In this document: positions 1-9,078 of the stretch, one piece after another | Layout: every line of letters begins with the position of its first letter | How positions within the stretch are numbered: position 1 is the first letter of the stretch | NCBI RefSeq assembly: GCF_019464535.1 | Contig: NZ_CP080507.1 | Location: 2,910,001 to 2,942,000 of the forward strand | Source of the DNA: Horticoccus luteus | GTDB taxonomy: Bacteria; Verrucomicrobiota; Verrucomicrobiia; Opitutales; Opitutaceae | Length of the DNA: 32,000 nt | Direction: 5' to 3' | Position numbers and translations under genes: made by a program | Notes under the pieces: model-generated | What the model saw: the letters and a program-made list of their open reading frames with translations, nothing else | Databases searched by the model: none | Told to the model about the DNA's origin: nothing

Positions 1-245
1 GCTTCGCGACCAATCCTCACGCCTTCCATCTCGTGCTCACCGACATGGTCATGCCCGGCATGGATGGCCCCACCGCCATCCGCGAACTCCTGAAACTCCG
101 CCCGGATCTTCCGATCGTCGCCATGACCGGCCTCGATTCCACGAAACAAGGCGCCGTCGCCCGCCAGTGGGTGCGCGACGTGCTCCCGAAACCGTTCACG
201 GCTGACCAACTCTTGCGCACGTTGCGTCGCGCGCTCGACACCTGA
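1..245 (+). CDS. Response regulator receiver domain, C-terminal part (5' end lies outside the window)
   Basis: The frame is open from the window edge (codons from nt 3). It translates to ...FHLVLTDMVMPGMDGPTAIRELLKLRPDLPIVAMTG...LPKPF. The LTD phospho-acceptor context, the T in AMTG and the K in PKPF match CheY-like receivers. Stop TGA at 243-245. Confidence 0.8.
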   Translation, partial: FATNPHAFHLVLTDMVMPGMDGPTAIRELLKLRPDLPIVAMTGLDSTKQGAVARQWVRDVLPKPFTADQLLRTLRRALDT

Positions 246-437
246 CCGCCGCCCGCTCGCGGCCGAAAACGCCCGCCCTTCGCCGCGCTCGCGCCGCCCT
301 GCTCCGACTGCGCGCCGTCCGCACCCTTTCCCTCACGCATCCCGCGGCAGCCCGCGGCGTCCCGCGGAGCTCCGTTCGTCCCCTCGCCCTCGCGCCCCGC
401 GAAAAAACCGCTTGGCGCGGTTGCCCCCGCGGTCATC

Positions 438-1169
438 GTGACGCCGAATTTTCCCATGCCCGCCACGCCCGCCTCGCCCCGTTGGGGCCGCTACGAAACA
501 CTCCTGCCCGACGAGATCGCCGCCATCGCCGCGCAACACTCCGTCGCCTACCTCCCGTGGGGCGCCCTCGAATACCACGGCCGCCACGCCGCCGTCGGTC
601 TCGACGGCCTGAAAGCCCACGGCCTCTGCTGCTCGCTCGCCGCCGCCGTCGGCGGACTCGTGTTTCCGCCCGTCTACTTCGCCGCCAATACGATCAAGAC
701 ACTGCGCGAACTCCCCCACCAGCGCCATTCCCTCAACTTTTCCGAAGACCTCCTCCGCCTCCTCGCCCGCGAACATCTCGAGCAACTCGCCGACGAGAAA
801 TTCCGCGTCGTGTTCGTCCTCTGCGGCCACGTCGGCCAGCCGCACTATGATATCATCAAAGCCGAGGCCGCCGCCCTCAACGCCCGCCAGTCCGCCACCC
901 GCGTCATCGCCACGTCGGAGACCGACCTCATTTCCCCCGACCTCGTCGTGGCCAACCATGCCGCCCTCGGTGAAATCTCGTTTCTCATGAGCCAGCACCC
1001 CGAATGCGTCGACCTCTCGCGCCTTCCCGCGGATCGCGTTCCCACGTTGGAACAAGACGCTGTCTGGGGCTCCGACCCGCGTGAAGCCTCCGCCGAAAAA
1101 GGCCGCCTCTACACCGACGCCTTCATCGCCGGCGCCCGCCCGCTTATCGCCGCCCTCGCCTCCTCCTGA
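438..1169 (+). CDS. Creatininase-family amidohydrolase
   Basis: 243-aa ORF with the LPWGALEYHGRHAAVGLD metal-binding signature of the creatininase family. C-ending codon bias matches other + strand genes. The start is GTG 438 or ATG 456. The stop is 2 nt before the next gene's ATG. Confidence 0.75.
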   Translation: MTPNFPMPATPASPRWGRYETLLPDEIAAIAAQHSVAYLPWGALEYHGRHAAVGLDGLKAHGLCCSLAAAVGGLVFPPVYFAANTIKTLRELPHQRHSLNFSEDLLRLLAREHLEQLADEKFRVVFVLCGHVGQPHYDIIKAEAAALNARQSATRVIATSETDLISPDLVVANHAALGEISFLMSQHPECVDLSRLPADRVPTLEQDAVWGSDPREASAEKGRLYTDAFIAGARPLIAALASS

Positions 1170-1170
1170 T

Positions 1171-2136
1171 ATGAACGACCGCACTCTCGGCCGCACCGGC
1201 CTCCGCGTCAGCGAAATCGGCCTCGGCACCTGGGCCTTCGGCTCACCCGTCTACGGCTCCGTCGGCACCTCCGATGCCACCACCGCCATTCGCGGCGCCC
1301 TCGATGCCGGCATCACGTTCTTCGATACCGCGCCCCTTTACGGCTCGCCCCAGGAAGACGGCATCGCCGAACGCATCCTCGGCTCCGCCCTCGGCGCCGA
1401 CCGCGATCGCGTCTGCATCTCCACGAAATTCGGCCGCTATCCCACCCGCGGTCATCTCAACACTTATTTCCACGCCGCCGGCGTCACCGAATCCGTCGAG
1501 CAAAGCCTCCGCCGCCTCGGCACCGACCGCCTCGACGTCCTCTTTTTCCATTCGCCGCAAAGTCGCGAGCAAATCCACGACGACATCTGGGCCGCGCTCG
1601 AAAAACTGAAGCGCGACGGCAAAGTGCGCGCCGTCGGCCACTCCCTCTCCTGGTTCGCTGACACCGCCCCCGCCGCCCGCGACTGGGCCGCCGAGCGCAA
1701 AATCGACGTCGTCCAAGTCGTCTACAGCCTCATGAACCGCGAGACGGAAACTTTCATTGCCGACGTCGCCGGCCTCGGCATCGGCGTCGTCGCCCGCGAG
1801 TCCCTCGCCAACGGATTTCTCGGCGGCGCGTTCACGAAAGACACCGTTTTTCCCGCCGGCTCGCTCAACGCCCGTTACAGCCGCGAAGAAATCGCCGAAC
1901 GCGTCGCCGTCGCGGATCGCTATAAACAACTCCTCGTGCGCGGCGAAATCACGTCCCTCGCCGCCGCCGCGATGCGCTGGGTGTTGGACAATCCGCACGT
2001 TTCTCTCGTGCTCGCCGGCTCGCGCAAACTCGACGAAATCCTCGGCTGCGCCGCCGCCTCCGACGCCGCCCCTTACACGCCCGCCGAACTCGCCGCCGCC
2101 CGCCAGTTGCACACGAAAGAGTTTTCCGCCGCGTAG
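1171..2136 (+). CDS. Aldo/keto reductase
   Basis: Starts at internal ATG 1171 (MNDRTLGRTGLRVSEIGLGTWAFG...), the typical AKR N-terminus. The ORF-track start at 1081 is an out-of-gene extension overlapping the previous CDS. Also has FFDTAPLYG and LDVLFFHSP motifs. Confidence 0.9.
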   Translation: MNDRTLGRTGLRVSEIGLGTWAFGSPVYGSVGTSDATTAIRGALDAGITFFDTAPLYGSPQEDGIAERILGSALGADRDRVCISTKFGRYPTRGHLNTYFHAAGVTESVEQSLRRLGTDRLDVLFFHSPQSREQIHDDIWAALEKLKRDGKVRAVGHSLSWFADTAPAARDWAAERKIDVVQVVYSLMNRETETFIADVAGLGIGVVARESLANGFLGGAFTKDTVFPAGSLNARYSREEIAERVAVADRYKQLLVRGEITSLAAAAMRWVLDNPHVSLVLAGSRKLDEILGCAAASDAAPYTPAELAAARQLHTKEFSAA

Positions 2137-2159
2137 GTTCAAGAAGGATCCTCGCCCCT

Positions 2160-2195
2160 CCCCATAGCGAAACGCGTGAGCGTTTCGCTACGGGG
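2160..2195 (+). terminator. Long stem-loop downstream of the AKR gene (16-bp stem with one A-C mismatch, GTGA tetraloop, no U-tract)
   Basis: CCCCATAGCGAAACGC-GTGA-GCGTTTCGCTACGGGG was read directly. It lies 24 nt after the AKR stop. The lack of a T-run makes the intrinsic-terminator assignment tentative. Confidence 0.4.
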
Positions 2196-2261
2196 CCGCG
2201 CTCGGCAAACGCTGGCGCCGGTGCGGTTGACTAGGCAGTTTCCCCGAGCATTCTCACTCGC

Positions 2262-2477
2262 ATGAAAGGCAAGTTCACCGCGATCATCGAAGAGGCGCCG
2301 GAAGGCGGATACTGGGCCATTTGCCCGGAAGTGCCCGGCGCGAATGGACAGGGCGAGACCGTGACTGAAGCCAAACGAAGCCTCCGTGAAGCGATTAGGC
2401 TCATTTTTAAGGATCGAGTCGCTGATGCGCGCCGTGGTCTTCCGAAGGAAGCGATTCAGGCCGTTGTTGCGGTCTGA
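2262..2477 (+). CDS. hicB: HicB-family antitoxin (short form, RNase-H-like fold only, no DNA-binding domain)
   Basis: 71 aa: MKGKFTAIIEEAPEGGYWAICPEVPGANGQGETVTEAKRSLREAIRLIF. This matches the HicB/UPF0150 pattern (GGY.A.CPE.PG...QGET..EA...L.EAI). Its stop overlaps the hicA start by 1 nt. Confidence 0.85.
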   Translation: MKGKFTAIIEEAPEGGYWAICPEVPGANGQGETVTEAKRSLREAIRLIFKDRVADARRGLPKEAIQAVVAV

Positions 2478-2656
2478 TGAAGCGGCGAGAATTGGAAAAG
2501 CGACTGCGGCACGCAGGCTGTTATCTCAAGCGCGAGGGCAGTTCGCACTCACTTTGGATCAATCCCAAGACGGGCGTCGTCGAAGCGGTTCCGCGTCACG
2601 CGGAGGTCAAAGAACCGCTTGCTCGGAAGATCTTGAGAGCTCTGGACGCTGGCTGA
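2477..2656 (+). CDS. hicA: HicA-family mRNA interferase toxin (59 aa, not in the supplied ORF track)
   Basis: Hand translation from ATG 2477 gives MKRRELEKRLRHAGCYLKREGSSHSLWINPKTGVVEAVPRHAEVKEPLARKILRALDAG, with stop TGA at 2654-2656. The G-S-x-H catalytic His context, the VPRH segment and the size match HicA/YcfA toxins. Confidence 0.85.
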   Translation: MKRRELEKRLRHAGCYLKREGSSHSLWINPKTGVVEAVPRHAEVKEPLARKILRALDAG

Positions 2657-2674
2657 AAAGGCCGAAGAAGGGCG

Positions 2675-2696
2675 CGCTCCGCCGCGCGGCGGAGCG
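2675..2696 (+). terminator. GC-rich hairpin 19 nt after the hicA stop (9-bp stem, 4-nt loop, no U-tract)
   Basis: CGCTCCGCC-GCGC-GGCGGAGCG was read directly. The position is consistent with the end of the hicBA transcript, but there is no T-run. Confidence 0.3.
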
Positions 2697-2948
2697 AACG
2701 GCCCACCCGCAAGCCGTCGACGCCGATGCAATTAAGCGCGGCGGATCGCCGCCGCAGCGCGCCACCCGCTTGCGGACAAACCGCAGATACCCGGCCTGCA
2801 TCGCCGCCAGCCAGCGCGCAGCGGGACGCGGGTTGGATCGGGATTTTCCCCCTCGCGCGCCGCGCGGCTTCCGAGCCTGCGCCGGATTGAGCAACCGTCT
2901 CTCCTCCACTGCTGTTGCCAACGTCCGCCCGCGGCGTCTTGTTCCGCC

Positions 2949-3386
2949 ATGGTCCGTCTGCTCCCTCTCCTCCTCGCCCTCTCGCTGCTCGCCGGCTGCG
3001 CGTCCGTGTCCACTCGCGAACGTCCCCGTGCCGACCTGCAAAACATCCAGCGCTTCTTCGTCGAGAAGCGCCTCGGCGACGACCACCGCATCGACGAATT
3101 GATCGTCGCCGAACTTCAGCGCCACGGTCGCACCGCCACCTCGGGCCCGCTGACCATGGCCCCCGACGATGCCGAAGCCATCGTCAGTTACAACGACCGC
3201 TGGGCGTGGGATTTCAGCACCTACCTCATCGAGGCCTCCCTCGAGATTCGTCGCGCTCGCACCGACAAGCCGATCGCCGCGGCCTCTTATCACCGCGCGG
3301 TCTTGTCGCGGCAGACGCCGGCCGATGCCATTCGGGTCATGCTCGACCCGCTCTTCGCCGCCCCCAAACGCCCGGCGCGTCAGTGA
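2949..3386 (+). CDS. Hypothetical lipoprotein
   Basis: 145 aa. The N-terminus MVRLLPLLLALSLLAGC has a signal peptide plus an L-A-G-C lipobox. Codon bias is the native C-ending type. I recognise no family. Confidence 0.7.
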   Translation: MVRLLPLLLALSLLAGCASVSTRERPRADLQNIQRFFVEKRLGDDHRIDELIVAELQRHGRTATSGPLTMAPDDAEAIVSYNDRWAWDFSTYLIEASLEIRRARTDKPIAAASYHRAVLSRQTPADAIRVMLDPLFAAPKRPARQ

Positions 3387-3471
3387 TTCCCTGACGCCCA
3401 CGCACGCGGAACAACGAGAATTTCGGAGGCACTATGGCGCCTAAGTCCAGCGGCCCAAACCTTCGAAATTT

Positions 3472-3933
3472 ATGAAAACCGAGCACGAAAAAACCATCAG
3501 CATTCTCAACGATCTGGTCGAAACCTGCAACGATGGCCACCACGGCTTCCGCACCGCGGGTGAAGACGCCGAGGACCAGGAACTCCGCAACCTCTTTGAG
3601 CAGTTTGCCGCCGAACGCCAGCGCTTCACGGGCGAATTGCAGAACCGCATTCGCTCGCTCGGCGGCGATCCCGATCAGCATGGCAGCGTTTCCGGCACGC
3701 TTCACCGCGGCTGGATCGACATCAAATCGGCCATCGCCTCGAACGAGCCCCACTCCGTCCTCGCCGAATGCGAACGCGGCGAAGACGCCGCCCTCAAAGC
3801 CTACCGCGAGGCCCTGAAAAAAGACTTGGATCTGGCGACGCGCGATATCGTCTCGCGGCAATTGACGGCGATCCAGGCGGCCCATGATCGCGTGAAGCAA
3901 TTGCGCGATAGTTCGAAATACGCCACGCGTTAA
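3472..3933 (+). CDS. PA2169-family / DUF2383 four-helix-bundle (ferritin-like) protein
   Basis: 153 aa: ILNDLVETCNDGHHGFRTAGEDAEDQELRNLF...HRGWIDIKSA...ECERGEDAALKAYREAL. This matches my recollection of the PA2169 family signature. Confidence 0.8.
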   Translation: MKTEHEKTISILNDLVETCNDGHHGFRTAGEDAEDQELRNLFEQFAAERQRFTGELQNRIRSLGGDPDQHGSVSGTLHRGWIDIKSAIASNEPHSVLAECERGEDAALKAYREALKKDLDLATRDIVSRQLTAIQAAHDRVKQLRDSSKYATR

Positions 3934-3969
3934 CCCGCCAACGCGCACCCCGCACGGCCCACTTGCCAC

Positions 3970-4000
3970 GGCGCGCGCCCCTCGGGGCTCGCGCCTTTTT
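3970..4000 (+). terminator. Rho-independent terminator after the PA2169-family gene
   Basis: GGCGCG-C-GCCC(ctcg)GGGC-T-CGCGCC followed by TTTTT (3996-4000), 37 nt after the stop codon. Confidence 0.7.
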
Positions 4001-4064
4001 CGTGGGCCGAGCCAACGCGTTCGGCCGCAGCGCCCGATCGCGCCCCCTTTTGCCGCCGCGCGGG

Positions 4065-4643
4065 TTACCGCTCAACCGCCCCCGCGGTCCCGTCGACAAC
4101 GCGCTTGTGCCTCCGCCGCCGCCGCAAAACCGCCCGGCACGGCCAGACGCAGAGCACATGGACTAGCAGCAACGCCACCGCCACCCCGATCGCCGCATAG
4201 ACCAGCCCCTCCATTGTGGTCGGCACGGCCGGCTTGAAGACGGACCACGTCGCCCGCGCGATGCCCGGATCCAAGTGCCGCAAAAACACAAACGGCCGCT
4301 CCCATAGCGATGCCGTGCGCAGCGCCGTCTCGGCGCTATAAAGCGAGTCCGCGCGTTCCGCCGCCGCGTGCATCACGCCGCCCAAGCGCGCCACCGCTGC
4401 GTCCGCGTTGCCCGACGTTTTGGCGATCAGTTCGTCCAGCGTGAGCCCCGATTGCGTCGCCACCGCCTGGAACTGTTGCAACTGCCGCCGCGCCTCGTCG
4501 AGGTGGCCGCCGAGCCGTTGCAGGTATTGCTGCATGAACTCCGGCGCCTGCGAAAACACGAGCGCACCCGCCACGCACGCGGCGCGATCGAGAAACTTTC
4601 CACCCGCGGTGCCCGCGGCGGAGAACGGTCGGGTCCAGCGCAT
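4065..4643 (-). CDS. DUF2937-family membrane-associated protein
   Basis: Only the 3' 192 codons of the 622-aa track ORF look real, starting at ATG 4643 (MRWTRPFSAAGTAGGKFLDRAACVAG...APEFMQQYLQRLGGHLDEARRQLQQFQ...). It has a C-terminal TM segment, as in DUF2937 proteins. The upstream part is antisense to ggt. Confidence 0.7.
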   Translation of the reverse strand: MRWTRPFSAAGTAGGKFLDRAACVAGALVFSQAPEFMQQYLQRLGGHLDEARRQLQQFQAVATQSGLTLDELIAKTSGNADAAVARLGGVMHAAAERADSLYSAETALRTASLWERPFVFLRHLDPGIARATWSVFKPAVPTTMEGLVYAAIGVAVALLLVHVLCVWPCRAVLRRRRRHKRVVDGTAGAVER

Positions 4644-4742
4644 CCGCGCGACACAAGGGAGCAATTCCACGCCCCGCAAGCTTCGGCTCGCCGCCTCCTC
4701 CGCCCCTTGCCTGCGGCGTCTTCCGTCTGCCACGCTGTCGCC

Positions 4743-6545
4743 ATGCCTGCGACCCGTCCCCCGCTGCTCCTCGCGTTCTTCGCCGCCCTTTCGCTGCTCG
4801 TCGCCCCGGCGCGTGCCCAACTCACCGCGGTCGAAGCGGATCACGGCATGGTCGTATCCGTCCACGCGCTCGCCACGCAGGCCGGCGTCGAAATCCTCCA
4901 GCAAGGCGGCAACGCGGTCGACGCCTCCATCGCCACCGGGCTCGCGCTCGTCACCGTGTATCCGTGGGCCGGTAACCTCGGCGGCGGCGGCTTCATGCTC
5001 ATCCATCTGGCCACGGGACGCGACGTCGCCATCGACTTCCGCGAAACGGCGCCCGCCGCCGCGTCGCACGACATGTATCTCGACGCCCACGGCAACGTCG
5101 TCAAAGGCCTCTCCACCGTCGGCTGGCGGGCGAGCGGCGTGCCCGGCACCGTGGCGGGCTTCGCGCTCGCGTTGGAGAAATACGGCTCCGGCAAAGTTTC
5201 GTGGGCGCAAGTCTGCGAACCCGCCCGCCGCCTCGCCGCCGAGGGGCACCTCATCACCCCTTACACCGCCGACCGCTTCCGCTGGAAACGCCACCTCCTC
5301 GAACAATTCCCCGAATCGAAACGCATTTACCTCCACGACGGTGCCCTCTGGCAGGCCGGCGAACTCTGGCGGCAGCCCGAACTCGCCGCCACGTTTGCGC
5401 GTCTGCAGAAACGCGGCCCGCGCGAATTCTACGAGGGCGAGACCGCCCACCACATCGCCGACGCGATGGCGGCCAACGGCGGCAACATCACCCTCGCCGA
5501 CCTGCAAGCCTACCGCGCCGTCGAGCGCGTGCCCTTCCGCACGATGTATCGCGGCTACGAGGTCGTCACTATGCCGCCGCCGAGTTCCGGCAGCATCGCC
5601 CTCCTGCAAATGCTCGCGATGCTGGAGCCATTCGATGTCGCCAACCTCGGCGCCGAGTCTTCCGCGCGTTATCATTTGTTCGTCGAAGTGATGCGCCGCG
5701 CCTACCGCGTCCGCGCCGAATACCTTGGCGATCCGGACTTCGTCTCCATCCCCGTCAAGGCGCTGCTCGATCCCAGCTACACCGCCGCGCTGATGAGCGA
5801 TTTCAACGAGGGCAAGGCCACTCCCAGCGCCGATGTGAAACTCCCGCCTCTCCCCGGCGCCAACTTCCGCCCCGCATCCCCGGCTGCCGCGCCCGCCCCC
5901 GTCGTCCCGCCCGAGTCCACCGAGACCACACACTTCTCCGTCGTCGACGCCGCCGGCAACGCCGTCTCCACCACCTACACGCTCAACGGCGGCTACGGCA
6001 GCGGCGTCACCATTCCCGGCACCGGTATCCTCATGAACAACGAAATGGACGACTTCACGTCAAAGCCCGGCGTGCCCAATTCCTACCACCTCATCCAAGG
6101 CGAGGCCAACGCCATCGCCCCCGGCAAACGCCCGCTCTCGTCCATGACGCCCACGATCGTCCTCCAAGACGGGAAACCCTTTCTCGTCACCGGCAGTCCC
6201 GGCGGATCGACGATCATCACGACCGTTCTGCAGGTCATCACCAACGTCATCGATTTCAAGATGCCGCTCGGCCAGGCCATCGAGGCCCGCCGCATTCATC
6301 ACCAATGGATGCCCGACGTGATCAACTACGAACCCTACGGCATGCCCACCGACGTCGCGGACGCCCTCCGCGCCCGAGGTCACACGCTCGCGCAACGCAA
6401 CCTCTACGGCGCCCCCGGCGAAAAGACCCCGCTCTCCGAATTCTACCAAGGGGACGCCGAATCCATCCTCGTCGACCCGGTCACCGGCCATCGCGAAGGC
6501 GTCAACGACCCGCGCAAACCCGACGGCCTCGCGCTGGGTTATTGA
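4743..6545 (+). CDS. ggt: Gamma-glutamyltranspeptidase
   Basis: Starts at ATG 4743 with signal peptide MPATRPPLLLAFFAALSLLVAPARA. Contains the autoprocessing/catalytic Thr context (ESTETTHFSVVDAAGNAVS) and the GSPGGSTIITTVLQ motif. The track start at 4368 is a false extension. Confidence 0.95.
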   Translation: MPATRPPLLLAFFAALSLLVAPARAQLTAVEADHGMVVSVHALATQAGVEILQQGGNAVDASIATGLALVTVYPWAGNLGGGGFMLIHLATGRDVAIDFRETAPAAASHDMYLDAHGNVVKGLSTVGWRASGVPGTVAGFALALEKYGSGKVSWAQVCEPARRLAAEGHLITPYTADRFRWKRHLLEQFPESKRIYLHDGALWQAGELWRQPELAATFARLQKRGPREFYEGETAHHIADAMAANGGNITLADLQAYRAVERVPFRTMYRGYEVVTMPPPSSGSIALLQMLAMLEPFDVANLGAESSARYHLFVEVMRRAYRVRAEYLGDPDFVSIPVKALLDPSYTAALMSDFNEGKATPSADVKLPPLPGANFRPASPAAAPAPVVPPESTETTHFSVVDAAGNAVSTTYTLNGGYGSGVTIPGTGILMNNEMDDFTSKPGVPNSYHLIQGEANAIAPGKRPLSSMTPTIVLQDGKPFLVTGSPGGSTIITTVLQVITNVIDFKMPLGQAIEARRIHHQWMPDVINYEPYGMPTDVADALRARGHTLAQRNLYGAPGEKTPLSEFYQGDAESILVDPVTGHREGVNDPRKPDGLALGY

Positions 6546-6644
6546 GCAGGCGCCCGACCTTGGTGGCGCGGCCGGAGCCCCTCGTCAGGCGTCCCACGTT
6601 GATTTTCGCCGTGAACTGAAACCCTGCGGCCGCCACAGTGCGCC

Positions 6645-7634
6645 ATGCACTACCGCGCGTTCGGAAAAAATTCCTTTCAGACCTCCGAAATCGGTTTCGG
6701 CGCCTGGGCCATCGGCGGCGCGTGGGGCGCGCAGGCCGACACGGATTCGCTCGCCGCGCTCCACCGTGCGCTCGACCTCGGCGTCAACTTCATCGACACC
6801 GCCGCCGGTTATGGCGATGGCCGCAGCGAACGCCTCATCGGCCAGATTCTCCGCGAACGCGCCGCCGCCGGCCGCGCCGAAAAAATCTTCGTCGCCACCA
6901 AGACGCCGCCCACCGCCGGTGACTGGCCGCCCTCGCCCTACGATTCCGCCGCCGAGCGCTACCCCGAAGCCTACCTCCGCGCCAACCTCGCCGAGCGCAT
7001 GGCCAACCTCGGCACCGACCGCGTCGATCTCCTCCAACTGCACACGTGGACGCGCGCCTGGAATCGCAACCCCACTCCGTTCAAAATTCTCCGCGCGCTC
7101 CAGCGCGAAGGCCGCATCGGTCTCATCGGCGTGTCCACGCCTGAACATGATCAAAACAGCGTGATCGATCTCATGCGCGGCGGCTGGGTCGACAGCGTGC
7201 AGGTTATCTACAGTCTCTTCGAACAAGAGCCCGCCGCCGAATTGCTCGATGTCGCCCGCGAATGCGGAGTCGCGATCATCGTGCGGGTCGCCTTCGACGA
7301 GGGCGCGCTCACCGGCAAGTTCACGCCGGAAACGCGTTTCCCCGCGGATGATTTTCGCTCCGCGTATTTCGCCGGCGATCGCCTGCCCCGCGCCGTGCGC
7401 CGCGCCGAAGCCGTGCGCGCCGATCTCGCCGGCAGCGGCTACTCGATGGCACAGGCCGCGCTCAAATTCGTGCTTTCGCACCCCGCCGTCTCCGTCGTCA
7501 TTCCCGGCATCCGCAACGTCGCGCAAGCCGAAGCCAACATCGCCGTGAGCGATCTTCCCGCCATGCCGCCCGACCTCCTCACGAGGTTGCGCCGCCACAA
7601 CTGGCGCCGCGGCTTTTGGTATTCCGGCAAGTGA
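6645..7634 (+). CDS. Aldo/keto reductase
   Basis: 329 aa: MHYRAFGKNSFQTSEIGFGAWAIGG...FIDTAAGYGDGRSE...VDLLQLH. This is a typical AKR. Confidence 0.9.
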   Translation: MHYRAFGKNSFQTSEIGFGAWAIGGAWGAQADTDSLAALHRALDLGVNFIDTAAGYGDGRSERLIGQILRERAAAGRAEKIFVATKTPPTAGDWPPSPYDSAAERYPEAYLRANLAERMANLGTDRVDLLQLHTWTRAWNRNPTPFKILRALQREGRIGLIGVSTPEHDQNSVIDLMRGGWVDSVQVIYSLFEQEPAAELLDVARECGVAIIVRVAFDEGALTGKFTPETRFPADDFRSAYFAGDRLPRAVRRAEAVRADLAGSGYSMAQAALKFVLSHPAVSVVIPGIRNVAQAEANIAVSDLPAMPPDLLTRLRRHNWRRGFWYSGK

Positions 7635-7755
7635 GAGTCCGGCGAGTGTGCACGCGCCCGCGCAGGCGTTTCGACGCGCTGCGCTCTCATTAGACTAACT
7701 CCATCCTTTCCTCCTTCGCCACCCTCTCGCTAGCGTCGTTGTCCTTCTTCGCTCC

Positions 7756-9078
7756 ATGCCTAAATCGCACTTCCCCCGCATCCCCACGATCGCCTACGAA
7801 GGCCCGTCCTCGACGAACGCCCTCGCGTTCAAGCATTACAATCCCGACGAGGTCATCGACGGCCGCACGATGGCCGGGCACCTGCGCTTCTCCATCGCGT
7901 ATTGGCACAGTTTCCGTGGTGTGGGCAGCGACCCCTTTGGTCCCGGCACCATCACGCGCCCGTGGGAAAAAGGCACCCACGCCGTCAGCGTCGCGAAGAC
8001 GCGCATGGATGCCGCCTTCGAGTTCTTCCAGAAAATCCGCGCGCCCTTCTGGTGTTTCCACGACCGCGACATCGCGCCCGAAGGCCGCACGCTCGCCGAG
8101 TCCAACAAGCATCTCGACGCCCTCATCGCGCACGCGAAATCGCTGCAGCAAGCCACCGGCGTGAAGCTGCTCTGGGGCACCGCAAACCTCTTTTCCAATC
8201 CGCGCTACATGTGCGGCGCCGCGACCAATCCCGACGCCCACGTCTTCGCCTACGCCGCCGCCCAAGTGAAGAAAGCCCTCGAAGCGACCCTCGCACTCGG
8301 GGGCGAAAACTACGTCTTCTGGGGCGGCCGCGAAGGCTACGAGACGCTCCTCAACACCAACCTCAAACGCGAGCAGGACCACCTCGCCGCGTTCATGCAC
8401 ATGGCGGTGGACTACGCGAAGGAGATTGGCTTCACCGGCCAGTTTCTCATCGAACCCAAGCCCAAGGAGCCGACCAAGCACCAATACGACTTCGACGTCG
8501 CCGCCGGCATCGCGTTTCTCCGCACCTACAAGCTCGACCGCGCGTTCAAGTTCAACATCGAGACCAATCACGCCACGCTCGCCGGCCATACTTTCCAGCA
8601 CGAAATCGAAACCGCCGCCGCGCACGGCATGCTCGGCTCGATCGACGCCAACGCCGGCGACACCCTCCTCGGTTGGGACACCGATCAGTTCAACACCGAC
8701 GTGAAGGAACTCACGCTCGCGATGCTCTCCATTCTGCGCGCCGGCGGCCTCGGTTCCGGCGGCTTCAACTTCGACGCCAAACTCCGCCGTCCGTCCATCG
8801 ATCTCGAAGACCTCTTCCTCGCGCACATTGGCGGCATGGATGCTTACGCCCTCGCGTTCAAACTCGCGCGCCAGATCCTCGCCGACGGAAAACTCGACGG
8901 CTTCGTGCGCGATCGCTACGCCAGCTACGACACGGCTTACGGCCGCGACATCGAGCGCCGCAAAACCGATTTCAAGCAGCTCGAGAAGCTCGTCCTCACC
9001 GAACTCGGCGAACCGAAACCCCGCAGCGGCAAACAGGAGTATCTCGAAAACCTGATCAACGGTTACCTGCACCGCTGA
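7756..9078 (+). CDS. xylA: Xylose isomerase
   Basis: 440 aa: [11 protein letters not shown]...FWCFHDRD...LWGTANLFS...[18 protein letters not shown]...[12 protein letters not shown]...WDTDQF. These are the canonical XylA motifs. Confidence 0.95.
   Translation: MPKSHFPRIPTIAYEGPSSTNALAFKHYNPDEVIDGRTMAGHLRFSIAYWHSFRGVGSDPFGPGTITRPWEKGTHAVSVAKTRMDAAFEFFQKIRAPFWCFHDRDIAPEGRTLAESNKHLDALIAHAKSLQQATGVKLLWGTANLFSNPRYMCGAATNPDAHVFAYAAAQVKKALEATLALGGENYVFWGGREGYETLLNTNLKREQDHLAAFMHMAVDYAKEIGFTGQFLIEPKPKEPTKHQYDFDVAAGIAFLRTYKLDRAFKFNIETNHATLAGHTFQHEIETAAAHGMLGSIDANAGDTLLGWDTDQFNTDVKELTLAMLSILRAGGLGSGGFNFDAKLRRPSIDLEDLFLAHIGGMDAYALAFKLARQILADGKLDGFVRDRYASYDTAYGRDIERRKTDFKQLEKLVLTELGEPKPRSGKQEYLENLINGYLHR

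Noticed and set aside
402-422. A weak hairpin AACCGC-ttggc-GCGGTT preceded by an A-run, which would read as a terminator on the minus strand
   Set aside because: The stem is only 6 bp and no minus-strand gene ends upstream of it. It sits just before the creatininase start.
333-2142. Long minus-strand ORFs (333..1229, 1243..2142) and Arg/Pro-rich plus-strand ORFs (482..850, 1274..1609, 1757..2167) overlapping the creatininase and AKR genes
   Set aside because: Their translations are Gly/Arg/Ala/Pro-rich with no recognisable motifs. They lie antisense or out of frame to genes with clear family signatures, which is typical of shadow ORFs in high-GC DNA.
2657-2948. A possible gene remnant downstream of hicA (minus-frame peptide ...RWLAAMQAGYLRFVRKRVARCGG...)
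   Set aside because: It has no start or stop structure and no recognisable family. I cannot distinguish it from random GC-rich sequence without a database search.
4644-5933. The upstream 430 codons of the 622-aa minus-strand ORF 4065..5933
   Set aside because: This part is antisense to ggt, which has unmistakable motifs. Only the last 192 codons (4065-4643) resemble a real DUF2937 protein and begin with a sensible ATG.
7690-7716. A perfect Shine-Dalgarno sequence (AAGGAGG) 5 nt before a 4-codon mini-ORF (ATG GAG TTA GTC TAA) on the minus strand, antisense to the polypyrimidine leader of xylA
   Set aside because: No downstream minus-strand gene exists that it could regulate, since the next gene is + oriented. 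The purine run is simply the complement of the CT-rich xylA upstream region, so it is probably coincidental.
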